64,000 nucleotides of DNA from Balanoglossus misakiensis (Eukaryota > Animalia > Hemichordata): contig CM082581.2 of NCBI GenBank assembly GCA_040954595.2, forward strand, positions 9,651,878-9,715,877, written 5' to 3'. The notes beneath the pieces were generated by a model, which worked only from the letters and a program-made list of their open reading frames with translations, was not told where the DNA came from and did no database searches. Within the stretch, counting starts at the first letter, position 1, and each line of letters begins with the position of its first letter. Positions 1 to 14,000 of this stretch are shown here, one piece after another. The position numbers and the translations under genes were made by a program.

Positions 1-2893
1 TTCAATCTGATTCCTCAAGCAGTACTGTCAAAATCGACCAATCACCTGCATGTTCTGCTCCAATCGACCAATCAGAGCTGGCCTGCACTGTTCAGAATGA
101 CCAGTCAGAACCGGTCTGTATCCAGGCCAATCAGCCGGCCCCAAGGACTACGGCTAATGCCGACCAATCAGAAACTGTACACAACCAAACTGACCAATCA
201 GCGCTTAGGAATACTGTTCAGACAGACTCCTCAATTGAGCGAGAGTGTAACATAACCAATAGAACTAACAGCCAAACTGACTATGTCGAAAGAGATTTAT
301 CCATGACACAGGGCCAGTCTGAAAGCGATTTCATTGACTCAGACATTGTTAGTAGAAAACTGACTATTTTGCCACGACCAGGGCTTCCAAGCGATATCTC
401 TGTCTCAGTGGACTTTCGACAGGAATTCGCCACTGTCACAATCAGACCTGAAACTTTGTCAAATATCAGCCACGGCATGGAAAATGTCACCAGAGACGAT
501 GAAACGTACGAGTACGTGAGAGAACCTCACAGCGAGGTTACAAACATTTCTCGGGCAGAATCAGGGGGTAGTTCTAGCAGTAGTGACAGCCAGTCGGACC
601 CTCACTCACATGACAGACAGGAACAATTTGATGTGGGTGATGCTATTACTTGGTGTGCTCCCACCCCCTCAGAAACATTTGGTGCTAGGTGTAATTCTCG
701 TGAAGTACACAACTTGTGTAGTTCCATCATGGGAGATATAGTCGAAAGAGCAACAGAGAGCGTGTCCAATAATATACCTCCAGAGGGCGCTACAAGAACA
801 ATGATGTCCGTTGCTCAGGGTAACCATAATGAAAATGTACAATCACTGTCCTATGAATGCCTTGAAAATGTCGACTGTGTTACGCGGGAGAGGTGTGGTT
901 GTACCAGCGGAGAGAATTTCGATTCTCCTGATGAAGCAGATGGGAGTGATAGCTCAGACGAGTTTTTACCGGAAGGAATGATCCGCAAGTCAGACACTGT
1001 GCTTTTTAAGCCGTCCGGGTCTTCTACGAGTTACCAATGTCAGGTCCTTGAACGAGGCAAGTTTGTTCCTCTGAAGGGACACGACTCGGATTTCAGCTCG
1101 CCCGATTCTCCGCTTTCAGACGGCGAGGATCTTGACAGGACAACGATGGGGGCTGGGACTGTGGTCGTAGAAGGAATACCTCAAAGAACGCTGCCAGTCG
1201 TGGGCAAATGTGCACCGACTGTGGAACTCAGCCCTGCAGGCACAGAGGGCTATACTGCGGACAGGACGGAATACAATCACTTTCACAACAATCCTCTTGT
1301 CATGGAAAACTATGACGACGAAAGCGTGGGAGCAGGCAGCAGTGGGCAGCAGTATCCGATCGCCGGGGGTAGCAACAGAGCCATCGGGGAAGCCATTCTC
1401 ACTCAGGAAGAGACTTATATGGGTGGGCTTGGTGACGGGTATGAAGCAGATAATGGCTATCAGTGGGAGTCTGATGAAAGGTGAGCGAGTCCTGGAATTG
1501 GAGTCTGAGCCCTGTATTAAATTCTTTTCAGAAACCACATAATTGCTGAAGGCTACATGTACATGTTATAGCCATTGACATAGCTGTGATGTTGTTGCAT
1601 CCATTTCTTCCACAGTGCAAGCAGTACAGAGACGAGTTCATACACTTCGGAATGCCAGGATGAGAGTGAGATTAGTATGGCCATCCAAGCAGCTGAACTG
1701 GCCGCCAAGCAACAAGCCAGAGCACACTTCAGCAGTGCTGGTGATCTGATCCATCGGCTCTTTGTCTGTATCTCAGGTCAGTGGATCCGCATGTGTGATT
1801 TTAATAGTTGAAGCTCAAATTAGGAATTGGTCTCTGTTTATAGGTACAATTTACTGACTTGCCATCGCCAACTACTATTTGTATATTGAAATCTTGCAAA
1901 ACGGTGCTTGTGTACATGAAAAATTCTGTAATGAATAATTTCAAGACAGGCTCGTGTAAAAGTAGTTGTTAACAGTTGTAGCATTGTCACTTTGGTCATC
2001 AGGTGTGGCCGATCAGCTTCAGACAAACTTTGCTGCCGACCTTCGTAACATCCTGAAGACTGTATTTGAAGTGTGTGCGTCTGAGGACTCGGAAGTGTTC
2101 CAATCTGCAACAGAGGCCAACATGGAACAAGGAGCAACAGGATCTGTTCTTAATCCGTTGAGTGAAGGAGATCACGACAGACGACAATCAAGACGATCCA
2201 GAAGCTCAAGTGGCCATGAAGGTAAAAAAGTGACATCTACATAATCTAGATTAACCGTCTCAGGAGGATGATCTCAGACGTAATCCCGTTATGATTGTAT
2301 TATTTCCTTCTTTTCCAGTGTTTTTCTCTGAATTTGTTGCAGTATTCTATCAGTCAGATCACATGTGTTTGACTTGCTCACTCACAGTCTAAACACCTGC
2401 CATCTCCAGGGGTATATGCAGAACAATTCTTGAGAGTTCACCCATGTATATATTAAGTGTCTGCTGTTGAATAATGGTTCTTCCATCTTCCAAGCAGAGC
2501 CACCTCCATGGGTTCCGGATGAAGAGTCTTCCAACTGCACGTCTTGCCATGCGCTGTTCACGGTGATACGCCGGAAACATCATTGCAGAAACTGTGGAAT
2601 GGTTAGTGCATCCAGTGCTTGTTTGAATTTTGGTTTTATGTGTATATACCAGTGGGAGCTTGTGGGATGATCAGTGGCGTACGTATGTTTAAAATTTGCT
2701 ATCTTTGGGAATGCAAGCTGGAACACAAGAATACACACACTGTGTAATTCTGAAATCTGAAATGTTCATTTTGCAGATCTTTTGCGGACGATGCTCAGCT
2801 AACTCCGTGCCTCTGCCAAGGTATGGAGTCCTGAAGCCTGTCAGGGTGTGTACGAGATGCTACATGTTTCACGTGACCCCGTTCCTCAGATGA
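1..2893 (+). CDS. ZFYVE28: Lateral signaling target protein 2 homolog (FYVE protein), 5'-partial; exons <1-1480, 1616-1776, 2003-2221, 2495/2498-2601, 2777-2893
   Basis: The spliced translation gives [12 protein letters not shown]|[18 protein letters not shown], the Lst2 signature. It ends in a FYVE domain with [14 protein letters not shown] and VRVC motifs. Splice phases are consistent and the frame is open from base 3. Confidence 0.93.
36..200 (+). repeat. Degenerate ~30-bp coding tandem repeat (core GACCAATCA, encoding DQS every ~10 aa)
   Basis: Cores at 36, 66, 99, 126, 162 and 192; translation IDQS..IDQS..NDQS..ANQP..ADQS..TDQS. Confidence 0.75.
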
Positions 2894-2942
2894 AATCCGG
2901 GGCCGAGAGTCACAGTGAGAAAGATTCTGAATGGCATAATCT

Positions 2943-3023
2943 TTAACCCTTTCACCCCCAGTTCCCTCTATAGAGGTCCGGTTTAACAATGGATTTGGAT
3001 CAAACCATGGTGGTGAAATGGTT
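2943..3023. mobile_element. Short TIR element (MITE-like), copy 1, in the ZFYVE28 3' UTR
   Basis: Ends are TTAACCCTTTCACC...GGTGAAATGGTT. The interior matches the reverse complement of 17553-17647. Confidence 0.65.
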
Positions 3024-4570
3024 CCTCTGATACTGTGTCAATGCAAGAGAGATGAGCGTGACATCAGCAAGATAAAATTGTTGGTGAAGATGTCATTATA
3101 CGAATATGGACTTAAAATGACATACGAAACCCGTTTTGGGGTTTACAGCATTTGAACTGGACATGTACAACAAAAGTACAGTAGTGCAAATCTAATGATT
3201 TTAAATCATGTTATCAATGTCCAACAAAAGATGATACTAGATAAATTTTAAGAGGGAATGTAACTGGTTAACTGTACAGAAACCAAAGCATAGCAACATT
3301 TAATCCTTGTCGTAGGATCGCATGGACATTTCCTAGATACTGTTCCGCCATTGTCATGTTCTTAAAACTTTACATAACACTCGGCACAAAAAAACATCCA
3401 GTGATATTGAAATAAAATTATTTCACTGGTTGGTTTTGTTTAAATGTAATTTCAGGTGTTTTATGTCAGAAGTGGAATTCAAGAAATGCAGTCTGATCAA
3501 GTCAAACATAAAGCTTTACAAAAACTCTGCACCAGAAGTATTCTAGAAAGACAAACAGGTATAATAGAAATATGTAAAGTAAGTTCTTAATTAATCAAGA
3601 TAAATTAGAGTATTAAAAAATCAGGACAAATTCTTGAAGTTTTTTTTTACACATCCATAAAATCAACAAACTGTATGTATATATTGTATTTGATGCTTTA
3701 TAGATGATGTCCTATAATTGTTTATGCAGAATTTTTTTCTGTACTGGACATCAAGCATAGGCAAGGCAAGTCTATGGTTCTACAAGAAGTGGTTTACAGT
3801 GTAAGCTTTAATAAATATTGCTTATTTTTTTCCAAGTGCCTTTTGGTGAAGGCATTGACTGTGTTCATATATTTTATTGCAAGGCAAAACTTTTTGTAAT
3901 GTCATTGATAATCATGCTGGACATATGTAAAATTCAAAATGATGATTTTTTTTTTACTTTTCTTGGTTTGTCTAACATTTTCCTATGCTTTTCATGGAGA
4001 AGCCAGGATGAGAAAGCAATGTCAACTTTATTTCATGCTTTTTATGTGGGAATTTTTATTCACCTTTGGAAACATTTAGTGTTTCATTGCAAAGTATTAA
4101 AGATGGCTGGACTTAATCCCAATATATCAAATATGGTGAATTGTGACTGTTGTTTTTTTAATTAAAAAAAAGTTACAACATGATCAAGCACAAATGTTTC
4201 ACAAAATAACTAATATCCCTGAGCATTTTCAAACAAAGCGATAAGCAAACAGCTACTTGAAAAAGAGAAAGTGTAATCATGACATACTGTGTGATTTTGT
4301 CTGACGTTTTTTTTTTTAATAAATTTTATTGAATGAATTTTCAAGCCATAACTTGAATCATGGTATTGCATCATTACATAGCCATATTACCCTGTATTCA
4401 TTAGACTGCCGAATTCTGTCATCCAAATAAAGGATGTCATTACATGATTCAGGCAATCTTTTATCCGTTATAGAATATTATTTCAGACTCTAAATCTCTT
4501 CAGACTCACTGAGTACGGTATAAATTTCAATATTTACTCACACACACTCATACATTGTAAAGCAACATAT

Positions 4571-7500
4571 TTACACTCCAAACAACAATCTCAGATCTGC
4601 AAGGGTGAGTTTTTGGTTTCCAGCGCCAGCTCTGCAAGGAAAAAGGACAAGGAAATTGCTATGTTTAATAATTTTAAGAATGCATATATGCTACTGTACA
4701 GCATACAAAGATGTTGGTAGTGTAATCAAACCAAGCGGTTGACCTACCCTGAGAGCACGTCTTTGGCGAGGTTGGTCTTCTTCGTCTGAAGCTGGAGTAT
4801 TTTCTCTTCGATTGTGTTCTTGCAGACAAACTTGTGCACAAAGACATCTTTCTTCTGCCCGACCCTGTAGATTCTGTCGCAGGCTTGCTCTTCCAGTGCG
4901 GGGTTCCTTTCAATGAAGTGCAGTCAATTAGAGATTCTTACGGAAATATTTACATCTACCCTGGGAGTTCAGGGGCACAAACACAGCTGTGACTGTTGCC
5001 AGGCCATGTGGTCACTGGAATGACCATTGCAAGACCAATGCCACTGACTGGAGTGACCACTGCTGAATCAATGGCTGAGATGACCACTGACAAGACCAGT
5101 CACAGGTAGGTGACCCACTGCCAGAACTCAGATACTCACCAGTGCATGTCCAGCATGAACAGATGATTCCCACCGATGAGATTCAGACCCACGCCGCCAG
5201 CACGCAGCGACACCAACATCACTTCGGGTCCGCGCGGATCCCTATTGAACATCTCCACTAGATCCGCCCGCTGTTTGGCCGGCACATCCCCCTTGATGGT
5301 GCAGTGCTTGTATCCGGATTTATCCAAGTGATGCGTCATGATTTTCAACATCTTAGTCCACTGAGACACAATCACCGTTTTCATGGGTCTGCCTTTGGGC
5401 GAGTTGGCGCGGATTTCTGCCAGTCTTGTCATTACTGCATCAACCTACAGACAAAGTAAATAAACCAATAAGGAAGGCATGATCAAAACTTTGGGGTGCC
5501 ATCGGATATCACCTTCACAATGGATCATCTCTGAATGCGAATCATTACTGCACAGTGAAAGCAAACCCACCTTGGTACTCATTGCTCCAACATCAAACAC
5601 TTCAGACAGGGTAGCAGCCGCAGCCTCTGACGACTGACTGCTTGGTGCTCTGTCATCAACAATGGATAAATCCATCATCTGTTCAACAATGGACAATTCA
5701 ACTCCTTCACTGTCACAGCTTTCCATGTCTATTGCCTGTAGGAAGCGCAAGAACACTAGTTTACTGAAATTGTTATTGAGAAAGTATAAAATGCACCAAT
5801 AATAAACATAGCTATGTCTTGTATTATAGATGAAATTGTACCTCTTTCAGTAAGCTAAGATGTCCACAACACTGCCGCAGTCTGAGTAGCCACACCAAGA
5901 CAGCACCGATGCCTTGAGCGCTTTGTTTGATACTGATGTTTATGCCACTTATTCCACTCTTTCTGATGTCGGCATTGTTCAGTTCGGTCTTCGCGAACGG
6001 ATTGGTGTTGCCGGAGTGTTGGGATGGGGCCACACCCAACTTGATTGCTTCTTTCTCTTTTTGCATTTGAAGGTAGTCTTGGAAAGTTGACCTGGAAGGG
6101 AGAGAGGGGGAAGGGAGACAGACAGAGTTGGTGAATGAATGAAATGACAATTTCTGAGCCCTACTAAGGACTAAACTAAAATCAATTGTGTGTCAAGTTA
6201 CCTGGACTGTTTGAAAAGCTGATCATATACATCTCGTTCTTCAGGAGACAGTACAACTTCATGAGTTGTGCTGGATTTGCCTGGCAAGGAAACCTGCAAT
6301 GCATCATAAACAGAACATTAATTATGGTGCATCTTGCTCATGATGTCTCGTGATGTTACAGAAATCAGCAATCTGGGGTAGAGAACTGCAACACTTTAGG
6401 GGAAAGGGGAGAGGATAGGACTGCAGATAAAGACCTACCAGTGGTTTACCAGTTGAACTTTTCTGATCTTTAGTGCGTCTCAACAGTAAACTTTTCACCA
6501 GTGTATTAAGTCTTGTGGAGCCTTGGGCTGTTGACATAAAAAAAACCACAGAAATGAATGATGGTAGCTACTTTTAAGAATTGCATTAGTAAATACAAAA
6601 TCTGTTATTACAAAATAGTTCATAAATTGTGTTACCTGTCTTGTTATCAACCCATCTCTTCCAAACCATGTGTTCATCAAAAGGTGCACACCGAAGAAAT
6701 CTACATAAACAAAATTAGAAATAGCCAGATTGACATCAGCTAACAACATCAAAAAATCCATGATGAGCCTGTACAACCACTGCGAATGATTTGGCCGATC
6801 TCCTCCTTGTACAACAAAATGCCCACTTCCTAAAAATTTCTGTCTACTTGACAATAAAGCTACACTCCTTTCCTATGGTCATTAGAGACTGTGAAACGAA
6901 AATAATCACTTTACTAACCGGAGCAACGAATACATATCTAGAAGGTTGTTTTGTATTGGTGTACCCGTAACTGCCCATCTGCTACGAGATCTCAGTCTGC
7001 ATACAGCTTTGGACGTCTGACTTCGATGGTTCTTGATGTTGTGAGCTTCGTCTAGGATGATTCTATCCCAGCCTATCTTGAGAAGTGTCACGTCAGACAT
7101 TTCACTGCCTTTCATGCCATCCTTGATTAAAGGCATAAACGGAAAATCACAAGACAATGTTATTTGTCACTCTCTGAACGACAGCAGGCTATCATTTGCA
7201 CAATGCTGGGAAGGTGAGTCACACAACACCACATCACATCTAACAACTGACTGCTGTGGAAACATGTCAACAATACATCACATTACTATGCATGTGAGAC
7301 GGCACAATACCGGGTATATATTTTTACCTGAGCAGGATCTTCTGCTTTGTCTTCTGAACTGACCGGGATTTCCTTACTGACAAGGTTGTATGTTGTGAAT
7401 ACCATATTGTATCTAGCCAATCTGGAAATGAAACATTTACAGTGTTTTATTGCCACATGTCTGACTGAACAGCTCCACACAGACAAGAATGTTAGCTTCC

Positions 7501-10500
7501 TACCTTTTGGCATTCTTTTCCCTGTTGGCACCATGATACATGTATGTGCTCAGCTTTCTACTCTCACATCGGTTTTCAACTTCTTTCTTCCATTGATGAA
7601 TCAGTGACGCTGGACAGATGACCAGGGTTGCGTTCGATTTGATGTAGTCTGTACTTTCCTCTTTCTGCTCTTTTCCTCTCCTCAGTTCTCTGTGCTTCAT
7701 CACCAACGATATCATCGTCAGTGTTTTACCCAGGCCCATATCATCAGCTGTAACACAAACACATGATTTGTAACCAAGCACACTTGTGTGGTAAATATCA
7801 CAGCGACAGTCTCAGTCAGTCAGTTTCACATTCCATTGTCATTTCAAGAGCTCTTGTCATATAGTTAACCCCTTACCCAGAATGCCACCACAAGGGTGTT
7901 GCTGTTCTCTCCATGACAACCAAGCCAACGCTTGTCTCTGATGTACCATCAGGGAGACGGTCAAACCTCTGGGATCCTCTAGCTCAGTGTCTGCACTGGG
8001 ACAAGTTTCTAATGACCTATCAAAATAACGATTGCTGCTATAAATCCACTGAAGTGAATTACAGGGGGGGGGGGGTGTAAAGCTCAAATCAACTGCTTAG
8101 AACTCTCATCGTTCATGAGTCTGAAAACATGGTCTCAGTGCAGCTTACTTGTGTAACTTGTCAATGGCGTCCCTGGTAACCGCAGTGACCTCTCTCAGTC
8201 TGGCTGTTGTCATTCTGCCTCCATAAAGACTCTGTAGCTGCGGATTGGCTGCGTACAGATAGAAATGATGCATCTTTAACATTGGAGAAATGGAAAGAGT
8301 GCTCACCGACATGTTTGGTTCTATTATTATTATATGAAGACCTGAAGATGGTACATTATATTCATAACTATTATACCACTTACCTGCGTATTGTTGACTC
8401 ATGTGTGAGGGATGATACTGATGCGCGGATGTAATCTTACTTCCTGGCCTGTACATGTATTTATCAAGAGGACCAGTCTTAGGTGGTTGACCATGCTGAG
8501 TGAACAGAGAACTGGCTGGTCTGAACCCACTCACTGCAAACAAAGACATATGACACTATTGTAAGGCCTGCTCCTGTTTTGTTATTATTTGCATGGTTAG
8601 TATTACTGGGTAATGTCACAATACGTAAACAAGTACTAGCCAATCTTTTTCACAGATTTCAACACAAATTAAGATGACCACTGACCTTTGACATCTGAAG
8701 GTTCAGGTGCTTTATCTTGTGTTTTGTCAGATTTCAGACTCATACTAGCAATCTTCTGTTCCAAGTCACACACATTTTGTCGTAGCTTGGTTCCATTATC
8801 CGGCAAGGTTTTCAAGTCAACGGACTTCAGCACAGCCTGAAAAATGGATAACAAACATATCCAAATGAATACACATCTTACTTCTTTGTAGTGAAATTGT
8901 AATGCAATAACTCATTATTTAAAAACATGATTTGTAAAGTTTTCTGCTTACCTTCTGCCTGTTTAGCTGTGCTCTCAAGTAGCTACCAATATCACAATCT
9001 CCATTCTGACTGATTTCTTGCCCAGTGCATCTCACACTTGCAGAGTTGTCTGAAGCATTCTGAGTGGCAGATGCCTCGGGCCTTGGTGGTCCAGACACAG
9101 CATTGATCTTGGTCACCTCAACCTGGTCTGTATCTAGGCATTCCTTGTCTAGACTAGATGCAGACTTGCTGGGAAGTGTACCACCTCTGTCCAAAGCGGC
9201 ATCATTTCCTTTACTTGCCAATGCAACATTTTCCTCTTCTGTTGTTGCATTTGATGATTTAAGTTTACCGAGTGACAGTTTCTGCAGAGTGTCTGCCGGC
9301 TTGTCTGCATGGTTTGGTTCACCAGTGTTTCCAACCTTAATATGGTTAGTCTTGCCAACAATAATACGAGGCTCTAGTCTACCGGCATCATCTGCAGCAC
9401 CAACTGTATTGTTGTCCCCTTTGCCGTCATTCTTGCTTGGTTTAACCTTTCGAAAAATAAACTTCTGTGGTTTCAGGTGAGGAGGAGCATCTTGGGATGT
9501 TTTCCTCTCAAAGTCACCCAAACCCTTTGACTGTGGTTCGTTCACTTTGACATCAGTGATAAAGCAGTCGTCATCTTCAGAGGGACAACGCCTTGATTTG
9601 TCATGTAGGGCACCTGAACTTGATTGGCTGGCAGCACCAGAAGCTACCTTCTTGATTGGTTCTTTGGACAGAGTCTCACTGAATCTAGCCACACTGGTTG
9701 ATTCTTTGGAAAAGGCACTCCCAGTCCTGCCATTGTTGTCCTTCAAAGGTACGGTTGGAGGTTGTTTAAATGCATAACTTTTAGTATTTTGTTTAGAACC
9801 TTCATTTTCTTTGGACAGAGCAGCGTGGCTTTGCTGTAATGAGAAGAAATTAGATTTCAATTTTGGTATGAAAAATACAATTTTGCAAACAGGTAGAAGA
9901 TACAGGTTTCTTATTTTTTTGAACACCACATGAAACAAAACATCTTGAATTACCATCATTAGTTATCTGGAGTGCAAATGAGGAATGAAACCACAGTCAT
10001 TACCCGGTATAACATGACAGACAGCAGATTACGAGCTATACACAAAATCTATGATAAAAAAAAATTAGAATTTTGTACTTACTGCATCTTGGTTTTGTTT
10101 TGCATAGCCACACCACCCCTTGCCACTCTTTCTGCTGCATGTACATCTGTAGTATTGTCTGTAAAAGAAAGAATTAGCAGAATGTTGAAAAAATAGATGT
10201 TAGAAATTTCACTGGTTTGGATTGATTTCCTTGTCTTTTCCCAGTGTTCTAGCAGACTACTTGGATACAAAATCTTACCTGTTTTCTCCAGTTGATCTGT
10301 GAGTTGATATGGCTTGGAGTTCAACAAATTCGTCAGTGTGAATCAAACAGTGCGACATGGGGACCCTGAAAAGTGAGTTGAAAGTTTATTACCTGAATAA
10401 ATGCTATGGGTGACTGGTAGGCTAACTTGCAAATTACAGCCTCAATGCACTAATAACCTGATTATATGTATATGTATCAAGTTCATGATTGTATCACAGA

Positions 10501-10820
10501 TGTTTGGTGACAAAATGATATTGATACCTTGCCATTTGTACAAAATTGCACTGGTTGGATCCAACACTGCAGATGTAATAACTTTTCCCCTTGCTTGGCC
10601 CATCTTTTATGCCAGTCTTCAGATAACAAGGAGCACCTGGGGGAAATATAGGAGTTAAGAAACTTACACAAGTGGCCAATAGTATCAAGCCATTCATTAT
10701 ACGTCCACTGTGAATACAGGCCTCTAGTAGTCGTTATATTATAAGCTGGCCAAAAAGCTTTTCTTGAAACGATTTAAATATGATTTACTAACCGTGCCCA
10801 CTACACAGGACGCGTTCCAT
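4571..10820 (-). CDS. TTF2: Transcription termination factor 2 (SNF2-family ATPase, Lodestar-like), multi-exon
   Basis: N-terminal [10 protein letters not shown]|[22 protein letters not shown] (GRF-type zinc finger). SNF2 motifs [41 protein letters not shown] and [19 protein letters not shown]-terminus [13 protein letters not shown] with stop at 4571-4573. Confidence 0.95.
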
Positions 10821-11082
10821 TCTTCAGGTATGACTGAAAGTACCAAAATAACCAGGAACCTGAATCAGCTGAGATGTACCACTCGAGTTTTAAATTTGGT
10901 ACAACACTATGTGCGCATGTGTCATGACACAGCCAATCAGGAACCGATTTCATGTCGAGGGCAGAACAACAAAAATGGCGCGGCAGCTGGAAGACACTTG
11001 AATAAAGTTTTGCACGATCGCTGTTACCGGTATCCATCTCGCAGATCATTACTTTTGGGAAAGATCGTTGTGCTCGCTCGAA
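10821..11082. promoter_or_regulatory. Bidirectional promoter and 5' UTRs shared by TTF2 and SFI1
   Basis: The two start codons are about 260 bp apart. The interval holds a CCAAT box (AGCCAATCAG 10931), an NRF1-like TGCGCATG (~10912) and a YY1-like AAAATGGCG (~10972). Confidence 0.7.
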
Positions 11083-14000
11083 ATGGCTAGTGACTCCAGA
11101 AAGATCCGTCTACCCCGCACATCCACCGCTAGCGCAACTGCAAAAGCGGAGCAGTTTGCTGCGAAGGATGACCAACATCTCCGATCAAAGGCCAAGCAAG
11201 CGATTTTAGAGGAGCTGAACTTGCAACTTCGCGTCAAGGCTGAAAAGTTGAAACTCAGAGCAAGATCGGGTCTTGATGAACGTGAAAACAACGCAGACTT
11301 AATCCACGGAGACTATATCCAAACCCCAAAAAGGTAAAACGAATTTACAGTGGTGAGAATTAATTTGTCAAATCCAGGAAGTGTCAATGTAAACATGTGA
11401 AGATAAATCATGTTCAAACATGTGTGACGACTGTACTGACAAGAACTTTGAGATTGTTCTGAACATAGCTGGTGCTGTCTGTGGCGTATCGTTAACACTA
11501 TCTTCACACGGAATATTAGCATTTCTTCATTTTTATTCGTTGTCCTATTTCATTGTAATCAGTCCAGCTGATATGAGAGAAAATGTGGCTGGGAGGACTA
11601 TTACCATGGCAACGACGCCGTCGAGGATCCCAGTGCTTAGACTGAAAGAAAAGCCAACACCAGGTCAGGGAGATGTCTCGCCTAGGCGTCAAGCTAGAGA
11701 GCGGAGAAGGCAACAAAGCAGTAAAGTATACAGACCAACCTATGATTGGAACAGAGGTGGCAGACTGAAGGAAATTCGCATAAGGTAAACAACAACAACA
11801 ACAACATCAACAATGAAATTTATTATGATTATGTTGTCACCACCCCACCACAATAAGTTTATACCATCAGTGAAGTTCTGTTGTATTAATCATGTTATGT
11901 GCTTTCATTTCAGACATCTTGCGAGAAAATTTTTGGGTATATGGATTCAGAACACATTTGGAAGAGTGAAACCAACACTCATAAGGTAAAGTATTAAATA
12001 TATGTCATTTATGAAGGACAAAAAACCATCAACCCTCGAAATGAAAGTTGAATGGATATAAGTGACTGGAAAACAAAAAAATTAAAGTTAAAACAAAATG
12101 ATCTTCTTTCTTTCCTTACAGAAAACACTACAGACAAACTTTACTGAGGAAGACATTTCATGCATGGAATAGTGTATGGTGGACAGAGAGAAAGGAATGG
12201 CGACTTATGGTGAGAGCAGAGTACCATGACAGGTAAGCCAAATTGAGCAGTCTGTTTTCACCTTATTTCTTATATTGATCTATAACATGCGATTGCGATG
12301 TGATGTAATAAATTGATTTTCCAACTTCCTTGGTTAATCTGACCATCTATCCTCTGGTATCAGATTCCGGATGTGGCGCCAGGTCTGGAGTGCATGGAAA
12401 CACTTTGTTATCATAGAGAGGATCAAAAATGCCAAGAAAGATGTAGCCACGCAACATGGTAAGTATCAGTTGTATGCTTAAAACAATTACTGATAAGGTG
12501 AAAGGACGCATTCCTCCTGTATGTTTGGTGGGTATTCTAATGAGTTATAATTGTAACTGAATTCACTACTGTGTACAGGGAACCAGAAACTTCTATCAAA
12601 GGTTCTTGAAGGCTGGAAAACTTACATCCAGATGAGGAGAAGCAAGAAGGCTCTGTATGTGAAAGCCGATGACAGGGCCAACCAGAACTCACTGAAACAT
12701 GCCTGGAGCATGTGGAAATATGAACTCAGTCGGAGATATAGACAGCATGATATGGAGAATTATGCCATGCAGCATTGGGCTTCTGGACTGTTACAAAAGG
12801 TAATTGGTTGGTTAGATGGTTTGTTAGTTCAAGTTGTTGGTTGGTTCCAACTGAACTCATCATATAATTGAACTGCTAGTATTTTTTATGCATCCAGAGT
12901 ATCCTGATTGAAAGTTTTAATCTAATGTGTATCTTTTCTCCCTCCTTCCTTCACTCTCTTCTTCAGTCATGGTTGGCATGGAAACAGAAATTTGAGAGTA
13001 AGCAAGAAGAGAAGAGAAAGAACGTAGCTGCAGTTCTCTGTCACGAGAAGTCTTTAGTGTCCAGATGTTTTTACAGAGGTTGGATAGAGTATGTGGTGTT
13101 GAGAAGAGAAAAACTTCAGAAGAAAGGTATGCTTGTCAATAACAAATTTTTAACCAGTCCATGTGTATGTGTGGTTACCCTGCAACATCCAATGTAGGTC
13201 CAACACTCCAATGAACATGTTACCTTCTTCTGCAAAACAAACTTTTCATTCTAAGAATAATAGAGAGACAGAAAGCCTGATCTGAGTTCTATCTCCATTT
13301 CCACAGCCTACGCTGATCAGGTGTACGTTGAGAAGTTACAGTCGCAGTGTTTTCAACACTGGTACAGTAGATGGTACAGGCGTAGACTGCTAGCAGAGCA
13401 AGGGGAAGCTCTTGACAAGATTGCCGCAAAGATTTCACTGAGAAGAGTTTGGAACAGGTGGAAGCAGTGTATCCTTATAAAGTTGATCGGCTGTGTGTGG
13501 ACAGGTTTTACTGTAGTTACATGTGTATTTCTATACGGTAGCTGTAATTGTTCTCAATGAATTTCACTGTGCAATTTCCCAGAAGCATTGACACAAACAT
13601 TTTCACATTAGTTAAGTCCTTTACATGCATGTGATAGACAAATTTCTCATATACAATATAGTAAATCATCCTTGACCTGGTAGATATTGATATTTGTGAT
13701 GTGAAAAGAAGAAATCAACAGGTGGCAGATGAACACTACAGACATCATCTATCGGTAAGTATAAAGACACTGAGATGATTTGAAGGAACATGGTTCAGTG
13801 TCTAGACCACTATACCCAGTAGATAATATCAAAGGACCATGCCTGTTGGAAATGTCAAGTCATGGCTTGATGTAACGTACCATCTGCTGTTCTTGTTTTT
13901 CAGAGAATGTGTTTTACAGCTTTGCATTTGCACAGAGTACAGAGGAGACTACAGATGATGAGAAACGATATGGCATCCCAACTTTGCCAAAAACTGGTAA

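Noticed and set aside
5010-5120. Recurrent (T)GACCACTG words in a TTF2 intron, superficially array-like
   Set aside because: Spacing is irregular, the units are short and degenerate, and the context is a eukaryotic intron. It is a decayed minisatellite, not a CRISPR array.
9064-9480. Antisense ORFs overlapping large exons (also 1116-1538, 24098-24592, 33787-34101)
   Set aside because: These are typical shadow frames of real coding exons with no independent support.
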